NCBI GenBank assembly: GCA_020148025.1
Contig: JAHCRH010000001.1
Coordinates: forward strand, 12,652-76,651
DNA: 64,000 nt
DNA from: Patescibacteria group bacterium
Lineage (GTDB): Bacteria > Patescibacteriota > Minisyncoccia > Minisyncoccales > JAHCRE01
Direction: 5' to 3'
A program made the position numbers and the translations under genes. The number at the start of each line of letters is the position of its first letter. Within the stretch, counting starts at the first letter, position 1. The notes below the pieces were generated by a model, which ran no database searches, was not told where the DNA came from, and worked only from the letters and a program-made list of their open reading frames with translations. Positions 38,573 to 49,082 of this stretch are shown one piece after another.

Positions 38573-38917
38573 ATGATGGCCCGGAAGAAAACTACTGAAG
38601 TTACAGAGGGAGTTAAGCAAAAGATTCGAATTAAATTGAGGGCTTATGATCATAAAGTCCTTGATAATAGTGCTCGCCAGATTGTCGAGACAGCTTTGCG
38701 TTATGGGGTAGAGGTTTCAGGCCCTGTGCCTTTACCAACCGAAATTCACAAATATACTGTAAATCGATCCACTTTTATTCATAAAGATGCTCGGGAACAA
38801 TTTGAAATTAGGATTCATAAAAGATTAGTTGATATTTTAAATCCCAATTCTAAAGTAATTGATGCTTTAATGACTTTAAACCTACCCGCCGGAGTTGACA
38901 TCGAGATCAAGATGTAA
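38573..38917 (+). CDS. rpsJ: 30S ribosomal protein S10
   Basis: [21 protein letters not shown]. Confidence 0.97.
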   Translation: MMARKKTTEVTEGVKQKIRIKLRAYDHKVLDNSARQIVETALRYGVEVSGPVPLPTEIHKYTVNRSTFIHKDAREQFEIRIHKRLVDILNPNSKVIDALMTLNLPAGVDIEIKM

Positions 38918-39051
38918 TTTTTACAAAAATAAATTTTTAGTATATAATTAAAATGTTGAGAATTAATGAATTTTAAAATTTAAGTATTTATATAAAATAA
39001 CCGTGGTGAAAACCGGGTTATCACCCGGTTTTCAATTATCAAAGAATTTTA

Positions 39052-39642
39052 ATGAAATTTATTCTCGGATTAAAATTAGAGATGAGTCAGATTTTTGATG
39101 AAAAAGGAAAAGTAATTCCAATAACTTTAATTGAGACCGGTCCTTGTTATATCACTCAAATAAGAACAAAAGAGAAAGATGATTACGAAGCTATTCAGAT
39201 TGGGTTTAAAAAATTAAAAGCGAAAAAAGTAAAAAAACCACAGAAAGAAAAACCCTTTAGATATTTACGAGAATTCAAAGACGATGTGTCAAAATATAAA
39301 GTAGGACAAGAAATTGATGTTTCGTTTTTTCAAGAAGGAGAGAAAGTCTCGGTTTCAGGTTTTAGTAAAGGTAAGGGTTTCGCCGGTGTAGTTAAAAGAT
39401 GGCATTTTGCTGGTGGACCGGGTAGCCATGGGCTAAAGCACGAACTGAGAACTCCTGGTTCAGTTGGATCGCGTTGGCCTCAAAGAGTACTTAAAGGAAA
39501 GAAAATGCCCGGAAGAATGGGTTATAAAAGAGTGACTATAAAAAATTTAGAGATAGTTAAAATTGATAAAGAAAAGAATCTAATGGCTGTGAAGGGTGCA
39601 ATTCCTGGAAGAAGAGGGACATTATTGGAAATTAGAGGATAA
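39052..39642 (+). CDS. rplC: 50S ribosomal protein L3
   Basis: SKGKGFAGVVKRW, KGKKMPGRMG, VKGAIPG. Confidence 0.97.
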   Translation: MKFILGLKLEMSQIFDEKGKVIPITLIETGPCYITQIRTKEKDDYEAIQIGFKKLKAKKVKKPQKEKPFRYLREFKDDVSKYKVGQEIDVSFFQEGEKVSVSGFSKGKGFAGVVKRWHFAGGPGSHGLKHELRTPGSVGSRWPQRVLKGKKMPGRMGYKRVTIKNLEIVKIDKEKNLMAVKGAIPGRRGTLLEIRG

Positions 39643-39790
39643 TTGCTCGCCGTTTGTCACGAAGAGACAACAATCAATTTTCCCAGCGAGAAAATTGTTG
39701 TTCGTTTCTCGGCCTCGCTCTTCGAGCTAAAGCTCGAAACCATGCCCGCTCGGCCTCCGAAGCGCTCTTCTTAGCCAAACGGCTCGCTTA
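39643..39790. repeat. Structured repeat family G, copy 2
   Basis: Same four conserved words as 34532-34712 with different but still complementary stems. Confidence 0.75.
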
Positions 39791-39994
39791 ATGGTTGTTC
39801 AGAAACTACACTCCTTGCTTAAAGGTTTTTATTCGTATATTCGTAAAAATTCGTAATTCGTAGGAAAATAAAAAAATGGGCATTTAGCGTCCGCCCGATA
39901 ACAAATCAATTCATGCTTGTTGATACTTACCCCGATAGTATACCCGCCTTCGGCGGATAACTACGGGGCAAGCAATCAAAAAGATAATCCAAAT

Positions 39995-40639
39995 ATGTTA
40001 ATTGATACATATAATCAAGATGGCAAAAAAATTGGACAAACGAGATTACCAAAGGAAATTTTTGACGTCCCGCTAAATCCTGATTTGGTCCATCAGATCG
40101 CTGTTTCTCAGATGGCAAACAGAAGAAAAGTTGTTGCCCATACTAAAACAAGAGCTGAAGTGAGAGGAGGAGGTAGAAAACCTTGGCGGCAAAAAGGAAC
40201 AGGGAGAGCCAGACATGGTTCAATTCGCTCGCCCATTTGGCGAGGTGGTGGAGTGACTTTTGGGCCAAGAAAAGAAAAAGTTTTTAAAAAGAAAACTCCC
40301 AAAAAAATGAGAAGAAAAGCCCTATTTATGGTTTTATCAGCTAAAGCAAAGGAGAAATTACTTATTCCTTTAGATTTTTTGAAAATTGAAAAACCAAAAA
40401 CAAAATTAATAGCTGAAATAATAGAGAACCTGAGATCGAAAATCAAAGATTTTAAAAAAGGAAGTATTCTTATTGCCCTTCCTCAAAAGGATAAGAATAT
40501 AATAAGGGCGGCCAGAAATATCCCCAATCTTCAGACCATTGAAGCTCGCAATCTTAATGTTTTAGATTTACTTTCATTTAAATATTTATTAACACCAAAA
40601 GAAGCGATAAAAGTAATAAAAGGAACATTTTTAAAGTAA
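39995..40639 (+). CDS. rplD: 50S ribosomal protein L4
   Basis: TKTRAEVRGGGRKPWRQKGTGRARHGS; true ATG 39995. Confidence 0.97.
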   Translation: MLIDTYNQDGKKIGQTRLPKEIFDVPLNPDLVHQIAVSQMANRRKVVAHTKTRAEVRGGGRKPWRQKGTGRARHGSIRSPIWRGGGVTFGPRKEKVFKKKTPKKMRRKALFMVLSAKAKEKLLIPLDFLKIEKPKTKLIAEIIENLRSKIKDFKKGSILIALPQKDKNIIRAARNIPNLQTIEARNLNVLDLLSFKYLLTPKEAIKVIKGTFLK

Positions 40640-40640
40640 A

Positions 40641-41045
40641 ATGGCTCTGCGAGATTTTTTCAAAAAAAAGAAACTGGAAGAAAAGAAGGTTAAACCGAGG
40701 GAAAAGCCGATTGAAAAGATTCCAACTCCTAAACCAAAGTCCGAAAAACGAACTCCTAAAAGAAGCGAAGCCTACCGAATTTTGAAAACCCCTCATATTA
40801 CTGAGAAAGCCACTGATTTGGCAAGAAAGAATCAATATGTTTTTAGAATTTGGGAAAGGGCGAATAAAGTTGAGGTTAAAAAAGCGATTGAAGATCTCTA
40901 TAAAGTTGAGGTAATCGATGTGAAAATTATTAAAGTTCCAGCCAAGAGAAGAAGATTTGGTAGAATTTCAGGCTGGAAAAAGGGATATAAAAAAGCAATT
41001 GTTAAAATAAAGGAAGATCAGAAGATTGAGCTTTTCCCAAAATAA
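40641..41045 (+). CDS. rplW: 50S ribosomal protein L23 with basic N-terminal extension
   Basis: PHITEKA, ANK.EVKKAIE, YKKAIV. Confidence 0.95.
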   Translation: MALRDFFKKKKLEEKKVKPREKPIEKIPTPKPKSEKRTPKRSEAYRILKTPHITEKATDLARKNQYVFRIWERANKVEVKKAIEDLYKVEVIDVKIIKVPAKRRRFGRISGWKKGYKKAIVKIKEDQKIELFPK

Positions 41046-41139
41046 AAAATTAACCCATTCGACAAGCTCAGAGTTAATGCTGAGCAACGTCGAAGCATTA
41101 ACCGAAGCGCATAACAAATTATGTGTCCGGTGAAATCAA

Positions 41140-41934
41140 ATGAAAAAAGCTGTTACTTACAAGAAAATATTAACTAAAAAAGAACCTGAAAAAAGGCTGC
41201 TTTTGGCATTTAAAAAAAGGGCAGGAAGAGCAAAATCGGGTCGAATAACCGTCCGTCATCGGGGAAGGGGAGCAAAAAGACTTTATCGAATAATCGATTT
41301 TGGCCAGGAAAAAATCGATACTCCGGCAAAAGTCATTGCTTTAGAGTATGATCCTTATCGGACCGGTTACATTGCCCTTTTAGAATATGCTGACGGAGAA
41401 AAGAGATACATTTTAGCCCCTCAGGATTTAAAAGTGGGAGATCAAATTATCATTTCGGAAAAAGCCGAGATCAAACTGGGAAATCGAATGAAATTAAAAA
41501 ATATTCCACCGGGTACCTTGATTTGTAATATTGAGATTGTCCCTGGTAAAGGAGGAAAATTAGTTAGGGGCGCCGGGACAGCAGCAAAAGTTTTAGCTAT
41601 AGAGGGCGGATATACTCATCTCGAAATGCCCTCGAAAGAAATTAGAAAGGTTTCTGAAGAATGTTTTGCTTCCATTGGTGGTGTTTCTCGACCAGAGCAT
41701 CGGTTTAGAATTTTAGGAAAGGCCGGCAGAGTTCGTCATTTAAGACGGCGACCAGTGGTTCGAGGAGCAGCAATGAATCCTTATGACCATCCTCATGGGG
41801 GGAGGGGAGGAGGAAAGAGGCCGATTGGATTAAAACACCCAAAGACTCCCTGGGGAAAACCAGCCAGGGGAGTAAAAACTAGAAAAAGGAAACAGACAGA
41901 TAAATACATCATTCAAAGAAGAAAAAAGAAATAA
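41140..41934 (+). CDS. rplB: 50S ribosomal protein L2
   Basis: [34 protein letters not shown]. Confidence 0.97.
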   Translation: MKKAVTYKKILTKKEPEKRLLLAFKKRAGRAKSGRITVRHRGRGAKRLYRIIDFGQEKIDTPAKVIALEYDPYRTGYIALLEYADGEKRYILAPQDLKVGDQIIISEKAEIKLGNRMKLKNIPPGTLICNIEIVPGKGGKLVRGAGTAAKVLAIEGGYTHLEMPSKEIRKVSEECFASIGGVSRPEHRFRILGKAGRVRHLRRRPVVRGAAMNPYDHPHGGRGGGKRPIGLKHPKTPWGKPARGVKTRKRKQTDKYIIQRRKKK

Positions 41935-41935
41935 T

Positions 41936-42250
41936 ATGGCAAGAAGTTTAAAAAAAGGTCCTTTTGTTGACCAAAAATTGCTTAAAAAAATGAAGAAGCT
42001 GGAGCCGAGAACTAAGGAGATTATTAAAACCTGGGCTCGGGATTCAGTCATTACCCCTGAAATGGTTGGTTTTACTTTTGGAGTTCATAACGGAAAAGAA
42101 CATATCCCAGTTCATATCACTGAAGAAATGGTTGGCCACCGGCTCGGTGAGTTTGCCCCGACTACTAGATTTTCCAGACACGGAGGAAAAATACAAAGAG
42201 AACTTGAGAAAAAATCGGGTCGAAAAGAAGCCGAAAAATTAAAAAAATAG
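41936..42250 (+). CDS. rpsS: 30S ribosomal protein S19
   Basis: [26 protein letters not shown]. Confidence 0.97.
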   Translation: MARSLKKGPFVDQKLLKKMKKLEPRTKEIIKTWARDSVITPEMVGFTFGVHNGKEHIPVHITEEMVGHRLGEFAPTTRFSRHGGKIQRELEKKSGRKEAEKLKK

Positions 42251-42333
42251 TCAGTAGGGTTTAGCCAATAGGGTTTAGCCAATAGAGTGGAAGAAATTAG
42301 ACCCTAGACCCTAGACCCTAGACTCTAGACTCT

Positions 42334-42861
42334 ATGAAAGTTACTGCTAAACTTCGCTATTTACGGATTGCTCCTCGAAAAGTAAGATTAGTGGCTGATT
42401 TAATCAGAGGAAAAAGAGTTTCTGAAGCTTTAACTTTACTTGGATTCCTGCCAAAAAGAGCCACCACTTCTTTAATTAAACTTTTAAAACAGGCCATTGC
42501 TAATGCCAAGAACAACTTTCAATTAGCTGAATCAAATCTTTATATTTATAAAATTTTTGTTGACGAAGGACCAAAACTAAAGAGGTGGAGGCCAAGAGCC
42601 CGCGGTCAAGCCCTTGAAATCCAGAAAAAAACTTCCCACATAACCCTTATTTTAAATGAGATCGAGAAAAAACCAAGAAAGATTAAAAAGGTAAGAAAAG
42701 TTGAGAAAGCAAAAAAAATTAAAAAGGTTCCAAAAATGAAAAAACCCCCGAAGGAAGGCAAACCTCCTACGGGGCGGGCAAAATTAAGACCAGAGTTGGA
42801 AACACCCAAACCAAAAATTGAAAGGGGAATTAGAAGAATCTTTAGACGAAAAGCCTTCTAA
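42334..42861 (+). CDS. rplV: 50S ribosomal protein L22 with long basic C-terminal tail
   Basis: APRKVRLVAD, VDEGPKLKR..PRARG, TSHIT. Confidence 0.96.
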   Translation: MKVTAKLRYLRIAPRKVRLVADLIRGKRVSEALTLLGFLPKRATTSLIKLLKQAIANAKNNFQLAESNLYIYKIFVDEGPKLKRWRPRARGQALEIQKKTSHITLILNEIEKKPRKIKKVRKVEKAKKIKKVPKMKKPPKEGKPPTGRAKLRPELETPKPKIERGIRRIFRRKAF

Positions 42862-42943
42862 CCGAAGCCGTTGTACGAATTTACGAATTTGCGGCTTCGG
42901 ATACGAATAAATTATTCGTATAAATTCGTAATTCGTAGGAACT

Positions 42944-43603
42944 ATGACTCATAAAGTTCATCCTAAAATTTTTCGGATAAGAAAAATAACTGACTGGTAT
43001 TCTCGGGGCTTTTATGAAAAAAAATTTTCAGAGCATTTGAAAGAAGATTTTGAAATTAGAGAATTTTTAAAAAAGAAATTAGCAAAATGTGCAGTTGATC
43101 GAATTGAACTTGAAAGATTCCCAACCAAAGTAAATGTGATTATTTTTACTGCCAGACCGGGTTTAGTTATTGGTCGGCGAGGGGAAGGAATTGAGGCATT
43201 AAGGGGAAGATTGGAAAGAAAAATTCTAAAAAAGAATAAGAAAAAAGCCACTATTGGCCCACAGGAATTAAAAATAGAAATTAGGGGAATTAAGGATCCC
43301 TGGCTTTCCGCCAGTCTTTCTGCCCAATGGATTGCCCAACAAATTGAAAATCGAGTTCGTTACCGAAGAGTTTTAAAACGGGCTTTAGGTAGAATTGTGT
43401 CTCGTAAGGAGGTTCAAGGGGCAAGAGTGGAGGTATCCGGGAGATTGGACGGAGTAGAGATTGCCCGAACTGAATGGTTAAAAAAAGGAAGATTGCCTCG
43501 CCAGACTATCAGAGCTGATATTGATTATTCTCAGGCCAGGGCTTATTGTAGATATGGAGTAGTAGGGGTGAAAGTTTGGATTTATAAAGGAGAGAAGTTT
43601 TAA
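42944..43603 (+). CDS. rpsC: 30S ribosomal protein S3
   Basis: [33 protein letters not shown]. Confidence 0.97.
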   Translation: MTHKVHPKIFRIRKITDWYSRGFYEKKFSEHLKEDFEIREFLKKKLAKCAVDRIELERFPTKVNVIIFTARPGLVIGRRGEGIEALRGRLERKILKKNKKKATIGPQELKIEIRGIKDPWLSASLSAQWIAQQIENRVRYRRVLKRALGRIVSRKEVQGARVEVSGRLDGVEIARTEWLKKGRLPRQTIRADIDYSQARAYCRYGVVGVKVWIYKGEKF

Positions 43604-43607
43604 AAAT

Positions 43608-44012
43608 ATGCTCTATCCCAAAAAGGTTAAACATAGAAAATGGATGAAAGGTCGCAGTAAAGGCATTGAAACTCGAGGTACTGAGTTGGTTTTTGGTACT
43701 TTTGGCTTAAAATCCCTGGAAACCTGCTGGGTTACTTCTCGTCAAATTGAGGCAGCCAGAAGGGCAATTATTAGATATTTGAAAAAAGGGGGAAAACTTT
43801 GGATCAGAATTTTTCCTCAAAAACCGGTAACAACTAAAGGGACCGAGGTTCCTATGGGTGGAGGAAAAGGAAAAGTCTCCCATTATGTTTTTCCCATAAA
43901 ACCCGGTCGAATTATTTTTGAGATAGAGGGGATAACTGAAAAAGAAGCCCGAGAGGCTTTAAGAAAAGCTAGTGATAAGTTGCCAGTGAAAACAAAGTTT
44001 ATTAAAAGATAG
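43608..44012 (+). CDS. rplP: 50S ribosomal protein L16
   Basis: [25 protein letters not shown]. Confidence 0.97.
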   Translation: MLYPKKVKHRKWMKGRSKGIETRGTELVFGTFGLKSLETCWVTSRQIEAARRAIIRYLKKGGKLWIRIFPQKPVTTKGTEVPMGGGKGKVSHYVFPIKPGRIIFEIEGITEKEAREALRKASDKLPVKTKFIKR

Positions 44013-44022
44013 CTTACTAATT

Positions 44023-44208
44023 ATGAAGGCTAGAGAATTACGCCAAAAATCAAAAGCTGAACTTCAAAAAATTCTTTGGAATAAACGAGAGAAATTAAGA
44101 GATACTCGTTTTAATTTAGCTTCCGGAAAAATCAAAAACGTTCGGGAGATCAGAAAATTAAAAAGAGACATTGCCAGAATACTCACCCTGTTAAAAAGTA
44201 ACCAGTAA
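44023..44208 (+). CDS. rpmC: 50S ribosomal protein L29
   Basis: MKARELR, KRDIARILT. Confidence 0.95.
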   Translation: MKARELRQKSKAELQKILWNKREKLRDTRFNLASGKIKNVREIRKLKRDIARILTLLKSNQ

Positions 44209-44280
44209 TCCGTAATGGGTAACGAGGAAAAGTTCGCCGAAGGTGAACATTAATTACCGATTACTAATTACTAAATTTCT

Positions 44281-44517
44281 ATGCCTAAAAAAAGATTAAA
44301 AGGAACAGTGATATCAGATAAAATGGAAAAAACAGTGGTGGTGGAAATTGAACGGATTAAAGAACATCCAAAATATAAGAGGAGATATAAAGTCCATAAA
44401 AAATATAAAGCCCATGATGAAAAGAGTGAATATAAGATTGGAGACAAAGTGATAATTGAAGAATGTAGGCCAATAAGTAAAGAGAAAAGGTGGAGAGTAA
44501 TAAGAAAATTAGAATAA
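44281..44517 (+). CDS. rpsQ: 30S ribosomal protein S17
   Basis: [25 protein letters not shown]. Confidence 0.97.
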   Translation: MPKKRLKGTVISDKMEKTVVVEIERIKEHPKYKRRYKVHKKYKAHDEKSEYKIGDKVIIEECRPISKEKRWRVIRKLE

Positions 44518-44633
44518 TGAATAATGAATAATGAATTATGAATTATGAGAACGATATATCCTTATTCTTTATTCCTAATTCGTAATTCTCAGTTTTTATG
44601 ATACAACCAAGAACAATGTTAAAAGTAGCTGAT

Positions 44634-44737
44634 GTCGCGGCACGCGATCGCTTCGCTCCGCTAACACCGCTCCTTGAAACCTTGCGGTTTCAATACTTCC
44701 ACTACGGGAAAACACCCAGTTTTCCCGACCCCTTTCT
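44634..44737 (-). mobile_element. Structured repeat family A inside a duplicated rplN start
   Basis: GTCGCGGCACGCGA...CGGGAAAACACCCAGTTTTCCCGACCCCTTTCT. Confidence 0.8.
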
Positions 44738-44806
44738 ATTATCAGCTACTTTTGATAGTATTTATTACTACTTTTTAAATAAAATTAAGTTTATTCTAAA
44801 AATAAA

Positions 44807-45178
44807 ATGATACAACCTAGGACTATGCTAAAAGTAGCTGATAATACTGGTGCTAAAATCGTTCAATGTTTTAGAGTTTTAGGTGGTACTCGTAAAAGAT
44901 ATGCCCGAATTGGTGATATTATTGTTGGCACTGTAAAAGAAGCTGAGCCGAGAAGACTGGTAAAAAAACACGATATTGTCAGGGCAGTAATAGTTCGTCA
45001 AAAAAAAGCTTATCGAAGATCTGACGGAAGTTATATTCGATTTGACGATAATGCCATCGTAATTTTAGAAGGGAAAACAAAAGACCCAAAAGGGGGGAGA
45101 ATCACTGGACCAGCGCCTAGAGAATTAAAAGAGAAAGGATTTGAAAAAATAGCGGGATTAGCTGAAGAATTAGTATAA
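44807..45178 (+). CDS. rplN: 50S ribosomal protein L14
   Basis: [20 protein letters not shown]. Confidence 0.97.
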   Translation: MIQPRTMLKVADNTGAKIVQCFRVLGGTRKRYARIGDIIVGTVKEAEPRRLVKKHDIVRAVIVRQKKAYRRSDGSYIRFDDNAIVILEGKTKDPKGGRITGPAPRELKEKGFEKIAGLAEELV

Positions 45179-45259
45179 AGTTTAGATACTAGATAGTAGA
45201 TGCTAGATATTGGATGTTAATCATTAGAAATCTAATATCTAATATCCAAAATCCAATTT

Positions 45260-45565
45260 ATGAAAATTCATAAAGGCGATACAGTCTTAATAATTTCGGG
45301 TAAGTATCGTGGCAAAAAGAGTAAAGTTTTAAAAGCCTTTCCAAAAGAGCAAAGATTTTTAATTGAAGGAGTTAATTTAAGAAAAAAGCATATCAGATCA
45401 AGAAAGGAGGGAGAAAAAGGTCAAATTGTTGAGTTGCCCGCCCCTATTTACATTTCCAATATCAAGCTTATTTGTCCGAAATGCAAAAAAGCAACTAAGG
45501 TAGGGTATAAAATCGAAGGGAATAAAAAAGACCGTATTTGTAAAAAATGCGGACAGAAAATATAA
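45260..45565 (+). CDS. rplX: 50S ribosomal protein L24
   Basis: KGDTVLIISGK KOW motif, IEGVN, ISNI. Confidence 0.96.
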   Translation: MKIHKGDTVLIISGKYRGKKSKVLKAFPKEQRFLIEGVNLRKKHIRSRKEGEKGQIVELPAPIYISNIKLICPKCKKATKVGYKIEGNKKDRICKKCGQKI

Positions 45566-45588
45566 ATCATACTAACATCTATGCTTAA

Positions 45589-46152
45589 ATGAAAATTACG
45601 CGCCTCAAAGACAAATATATTAAAGAAGTCATTCCAGCTATGCAGGGAAAGTTTGGCTATCGCAGCGTTATGACTGTTCCTAAAATTGAGAAAGTGGTGG
45701 TGAATACTGGTTTTGGTAGACTGATTGCTGGAAAAACCTCCGAAGATCAAAAGAAAATTTACAAAGCTGTTTTAAATGATTTAACCCTAATCACCGGTCA
45801 GAGAGCAGTTTTAACCAGGGCAAAAAAATCAATTTCCGGCTTCAAAATCCGTCAAGGAATGCCAGTTGGCGCCCAGGTTTCTTTACGAGGAGAAAGAATG
45901 TTTGATTTTTTAGAAAGATTAATTCATATTGCCCTTCCTAGATCTCGAGATTTCCGGGGGATTGATTCTAAATCTTTTGACCGGGAAGGAAATTTAACCA
46001 CTGCTATAAAAGAACATATTGCCTTTCCGGAGATATCTCCTGAAAAAGTAAAAAATATTTTTAGTTTTGAAATAACAGTGGTGACAACAGCAAGAAGCAG
46101 GGAAGAGGGAATAGAATTATTAAAATTATTGGGCTTTCCGATTAAAACTTAA
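45589..46152 (+). CDS. rplE: 50S ribosomal protein L5
   Basis: [27 protein letters not shown]. Confidence 0.97.
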   Translation: MKITRLKDKYIKEVIPAMQGKFGYRSVMTVPKIEKVVVNTGFGRLIAGKTSEDQKKIYKAVLNDLTLITGQRAVLTRAKKSISGFKIRQGMPVGAQVSLRGERMFDFLERLIHIALPRSRDFRGIDSKSFDREGNLTTAIKEHIAFPEISPEKVKNIFSFEITVVTTARSREEGIELLKLLGFPIKT

Positions 46153-46154
46153 AT

Positions 46155-46340
46155 ATGTCCACTAAAGCTCAGATAGTAAAATCAAAAAAGAAACCGAAGT
46201 TTTCAACGCGAATTGTTCGTCGTTGTTTTCGCTGTGGTCGAAAGAGAGGATACATGAGAAAATTTGGATTATGTAGGATTTGTTTCAGAGAATTAGCAAA
46301 CAAAGGATTAATTCCAGGAGTAAAAAAAAGTAGCTGGTAA
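46155..46340 (+). CDS. rpsN: 30S ribosomal protein S14, zinc-binding type
   Basis: [25 protein letters not shown]. Confidence 0.97.
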   Translation: MSTKAQIVKSKKKPKFSTRIVRRCFRCGRKRGYMRKFGLCRICFRELANKGLIPGVKKSSW

Positions 46341-46425
46341 AAGACAATGAACAATGAGCAACGGACAATGAACAAAATATTTTTAATCCCCGTTTCCTGT
46401 TCTTTGTCTATTGTTTACTGAAATT

Positions 46426-46815
46426 ATGACTGATCCAATAACTGATATGTTAAATCGAATAAGAAATGCCCAGGCCGTTTCCCACCCCACGGTCAATATT
46501 CCTTTTTCCCAAATTAAATATAAAATTATTCAAATCTTGGCAAAGGAGGGATTTATTGAAAAATTTGAAAAAAAAGGGAAGAAAGCAAAAAAAACTATCA
46601 GAATCACCTTAAAATATATCGGAAAAACTCCCGCTATTTCTGCCCTAAAAAGAATTTCAAAACCCAGTCAAAGAATCTACTTTCCCTATAAAAAAATTAA
46701 AAAAGTTCGAGGAGGTTATGGAATAACCATAGTTTCAACCTCCAAGGGTTTAATGGGTAATAAAGAGGCGAGAAAGAAAAAGTTGGGAGGGGAGGTAATT
46801 TGTGAAATTTGGTAA
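46426..46815 (+). CDS. rpsH: 30S ribosomal protein S8
   Basis: TDPITDMLNRIRNA, RISKPS, STSKG, GGEVIC. Confidence 0.97.
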   Translation: MTDPITDMLNRIRNAQAVSHPTVNIPFSQIKYKIIQILAKEGFIEKFEKKGKKAKKTIRITLKYIGKTPAISALKRISKPSQRIYFPYKKIKKVRGGYGITIVSTSKGLMGNKEARKKKLGGEVICEIW

Positions 46816-46839
46816 AAATTAGAAATACCGCCCCATATC

Positions 46840-46992
46840 GGAGAGAGGTCGGGAGAACCCTCCGGTTCTCCCGTATAGGAAAACAGCGAGCGAAGCTCGC
46901 GTTAGAAACCGAGGGTTTCTAAAGAGCGAGCCCGAAGCGACCCGCCCAGGGCGGGGAGCACCAGAACTTTGTTCTGGAGAGGGCGAGCGATT
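46840..46992 (+). mobile_element. Structured repeat family A
   Basis: GGTCGGGAGAAC..GTTCTCCCGTATAGGAA..AAACCGAGGGTTT..GAGCG..GCGA; compensatory change in first stem. Confidence 0.75.
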
Positions 46993-47000
46993 AACCAACC

Positions 47001-47591
47001 ATGTCAAGAATAGGCAAAAAACCAATTAAGATACCGGAAGAAGTAGAAGTAAAAATTAATGGAAATCTGGTGACTATTAAAGGTCCTAAAGGGGAGCAAT
47101 GCCTGAAAATCCGACCGGAGATTAAAGTTGAAATAAAAAACTACATACCCCCCCACCCCTCTCCCCCCAAAAGCGCAGGCCCCTCGGGAAAGATTTTAGT
47201 AGTTACTCCTCGAATTGAGACTAAAAAAACTAAGGCTTTTTGGGGTTTGACCCGATCCCTTTTGGCTAATAAAATTTTTGGGGTAATTACAGGGTACGAA
47301 AAAAAATTAGTAATCGAGGGCTTGGGGTTTAAAGCCAATATTGAGGGGGAAGATTTAGTTTTGCGAGTTGGTTTTACTCATCCGGTAAAAATAGAAGCTC
47401 CCCAAGGGATCAAATTTTCAGTTGATAAAACCGTTATTACGGTTTCAGGAATTAATAAAGAACTGGTTGGTCAAGTTGCTGCAAAAATAAGAAAAGTTCA
47501 TCCCCCCGAGCCCTATAAGGGAAAAGGAATTAAATATCTTGGGGAAATAATTAAAAGAAAGCCAGGGAAGAGAGTAGTAACCGCTGGCTAA
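47001..47591 (+). CDS. rplF: 50S ribosomal protein L6 with family B in-frame insert
   Basis: [22 protein letters not shown]. Confidence 0.97.
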   Translation: MSRIGKKPIKIPEEVEVKINGNLVTIKGPKGEQCLKIRPEIKVEIKNYIPPHPSPPKSAGPSGKILVVTPRIETKKTKAFWGLTRSLLANKIFGVITGYEKKLVIEGLGFKANIEGEDLVLRVGFTHPVKIEAPQGIKFSVDKTVITVSGINKELVGQVAAKIRKVHPPEPYKGKGIKYLGEIIKRKPGKRVVTAG

Positions 47592-47608
47592 GCCCGAAAT
47601 TTCTAAAA

Positions 47609-48016
47609 ATGAAAAGAAAATTAAAAAAAGAAGCAAGATATAGAGGTCATAAAAGGGTACGAGCTAAAATTTCAGGTTCTGCTAATCGGCCGCGGCTTTG
47701 TGTTTTTCGATCAAACAAACATATGTATGCTCAACTAATTGATGATGAAAAGGGAATAACATTAGCTGTAGCTTCTAACTTGGAATTTAAAAAGCCCACT
47801 GTTCGCCCACAGCAGAAAATAAAAACTAAAAATAAAAAGGTAGAAAAAAAACTTTCTGGTAAAATTGGGACAGCTTATGAAGTTGGAAAACTAATTGCCA
47901 AAAAAGCCTTAAAAAAGAAAATAAAAAAAGTAGTTTTCGATCGAGGAGGTTACAAATACCATGGACGCGTAAAAGCTTTGGCGGAGGGTGCAAGGGAAGA
48001 GGGCCTCCGATTTTAA
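47609..48016 (+). CDS. rplR: 50S ribosomal protein L18
   Basis: [25 protein letters not shown]. Confidence 0.97.
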   Translation: MKRKLKKEARYRGHKRVRAKISGSANRPRLCVFRSNKHMYAQLIDDEKGITLAVASNLEFKKPTVRPQQKIKTKNKKVEKKLSGKIGTAYEVGKLIAKKALKKKIKKVVFDRGGYKYHGRVKALAEGAREEGLRF

Positions 48017-48025
48017 ATTTTTAAT

Positions 48026-48526
48026 ATGTTTAGAAAAATCATTAAAGAAAAACCAAAAGAAGAGTTCGAATCCAAACTTCTTGATTTAGCTCGTGTTACC
48101 CGAGTTACCGCAGGCGGTAAACATTTTCGATTTCGGGCAGTAATGGTGATTGGAAATAAGAATGGAGAAGTTGGGGTAGGAGTAGCTAAAGGTTCAGATG
48201 TCGCCCAGGCAGTAGAAAGGGCAACGAGATTAGCTAAGAAAAATTTAATTGAAGTGCCAATCATCGATGATACAATTGAGCACGAAGTTTTCGCAAAATT
48301 TGGAGCGGCTAAGGTTTTACTTAAACCCCAAAGAAAAGGAAGAGGGCTGGTGGCGGGCGGTACCGTCAGAGTTATTTGCACTTTAGCTGGAATAAAAAAT
48401 ATTTCTTCAAAAGTTTTAGGAGCTACAAGTAACAAAATCAACAATGCTAGAGCAACAATTAAAGCCCTGAAGGAACTTAAAGCAACAAGTAACAGGCAAC
48501 AAGCAACAAGGAGTGTTAAAAAATAA
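48026..48526 (+). CDS. rpsE: 30S ribosomal protein S5
   Basis: RVTRVTAGG, GLVAGG; C-terminal tail encoded by a heptamer arm. Confidence 0.97.
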   Translation: MFRKIIKEKPKEEFESKLLDLARVTRVTAGGKHFRFRAVMVIGNKNGEVGVGVAKGSDVAQAVERATRLAKKNLIEVPIIDDTIEHEVFAKFGAAKVLLKPQRKGRGLVAGGTVRVICTLAGIKNISSKVLGATSNKINNARATIKALKELKATSNRQQATRSVKK

Positions 48527-48567
48527 ACCCCTTCTTGTCTCTTGTCTCTTGTCTCTTGTCTCTTGTA

Positions 48568-49011
48568 ATGCAATTACATCAATCACGTTCAAAACATAAA
48601 TTAAAAAAGAGAAAGCGTGTAGGCCGGGGAGGGAAACGTGGTACTTATTCTGGTCGGGGAATAAAAGGTCAAAGGGCTCGAGCTGGTCGAAAGCTGAAAC
48701 CTGTAATTCGAGAGTTAATAAAAAGATACGCAAAGTTAAGGGGATATAGATTCAAACCTCTGGAACAAAAGCTAGATGTGATTAATATTGAGACCCTTGG
48801 GAAAAAATTTAAAGCAGGCTCGGTGATTAATCCTCAAACCTTGCTTAAACTTAGATTAATCCGTAGAATAAAAGGGAAGATGCCAAAAGTAAAAATTTTA
48901 GGGAGGGGAGAAATAAAAAAGGCTTTAGTTATTGAAGGGTGTGAGATTTCAAAAAGTGCTAAAGAGAAAATCAAAAAAGCAGGCGGCAAAATTACAGGGT
49001 CTAGGGACTAG
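48568..49011 (+). CDS. rplO: 50S ribosomal protein L15
   Basis: KRVGRGGKRGTYSGRG.KGQ.AR, VKILG.GE, SKSAKEKI..AGG; ATG 48568. Confidence 0.96.
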   Translation: MQLHQSRSKHKLKKRKRVGRGGKRGTYSGRGIKGQRARAGRKLKPVIRELIKRYAKLRGYRFKPLEQKLDVINIETLGKKFKAGSVINPQTLLKLRLIRRIKGKMPKVKILGRGEIKKALVIEGCEISKSAKEKIKKAGGKITGSRD

Positions 49012-49082
49012 GGTCTAGCCATTAGGTTCTAGTAAAAAAACGATAAATCCTAAACCCTATACCCTGAACCCTAAGCTAAAAT

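Noticed and set aside
46810-46835. Duplicate rplF start before the family A element (GGTAAAAATTAGAAATACCG vs GGCAAAAAACCAATTAAGATACCG)
   Set aside because: Similarity is short, gapped and lacks an ATG; too weak to count with the rplN and rplD cases.
48013-48573. Long antisense ORFs (e.g. 48013-48573, 8435-8911, 40108-40446)
   Set aside because: Shadows of well-supported sense genes.
38464-49075. Plant-type telomere repeats (TTTAGGG/CCCTAAA) or eukaryotic contamination
   Set aside because: Only 3-5 degenerate units in paired arms between bacterial ribosomal genes; one of several heptamer types.
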